NCBI RefSeq assembly: GCF_009834535.1
Contig: NC_045707.1
Coordinates: 55,244,001 to 55,308,000 of the forward strand
DNA length: 64,000 nucleotides
DNA from: Camelus ferus
Taxonomy: Eukaryota
Direction of reading: 5' to 3'
In this document: piece after piece, positions 63,634-64,000 of the stretch
Numbering within the stretch: position 1 is the first letter of the stretch
How the letters are laid out: each line of letters begins with the position of its first letter
Position numbers and translations under genes: made by a program
Notes under the pieces: generated by a model
The model's database searches: none
Told to the model about the DNA's origin: nothing
What the model saw: the letters and a program-made list of their open reading frames with translations, nothing else

Positions 63634-63877
63634 ATTTATTCTTTTTTTTTTTGTATATGCAGCATAATGCTTCAGTCATGTATGAACATACATACATTTG
63701 TTTTCATATTCTTTTTCACCATAAGATCATGAATATCACTACAAGATATTGAATATAGTTCCCTGTGCTGCACAGTGTGAGCTTATTTATTATATGTGTG
63801 TGTGTATATATATATTATATATATAATATATATATATTATATATATAATATATATATATATGTTAGTATCTGCAAAT
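63634..63877 (-). mobile_element. Young camelid-type L1 3'UTR insertion with 12-bp TSD and internal TA array
   Basis: cagcataatgcttcagtcat...tttcatattcttttt...caagatattgaatatagttccctgtgct; TSD ctgaatttattt at 63622-63633 and 63878-63889. Confidence 0.9.
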
Positions 63878-64000
63878 CTGAATTTATTTTTAATCAAGAC
63901 TTCAAAAACTGGGGTAAAAATATAAAGACAAAAATTATGCAAATAACAAGTAATGTATTTAAATTTTTTGCAAACATATTTGAAACTTACTATTATTTAC

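Noticed and set aside
1..64000. CRISPR array, operon, defence system, rRNA/tRNA/snRNA or other prokaryote-style system
   Set aside because: The DNA is mammalian repeat-rich non-coding sequence. I saw no regularly spaced repeats, no long ORFs and no recognisable structural RNA.

Overview
This is AT-rich, CpG-depleted eutherian non-coding DNA (a large intron or intergenic region). It probably comes from a camelid, judged from the young L1 3' tails, an artiodactyl-type Tigger1 MITE, and the absence of Alu, Bov-A/tA, PRE-1 and SINEC. I recognised no protein-coding gene, RNA gene, CpG island, CRISPR array or prokaryotic feature. The window is a mosaic of decayed transposable elements (L1 of several ages, L2, MIR, MaLR/ERVL/ERV1 solo LTRs, Tigger and hAT MITEs), microsatellites and unique spacers. 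Repeat families were assigned from remembered consensus motifs, not a database search, so subfamily names and most boundaries are approximate. I found no convincing new biological system. The most notable items are: a twin-primed L1 whose 67-bp inverted duplication carries an ORF1/ORF2 deletion junction in both arms; a local ~125-bp inverted duplication spanning an L1 tail junction and dropped into an L2; a second twin-primed L1 with target-site duplications (TSDs); a possible very old reverse-transcriptase (RT) fossil; and a few weak enhancer and exon candidates.
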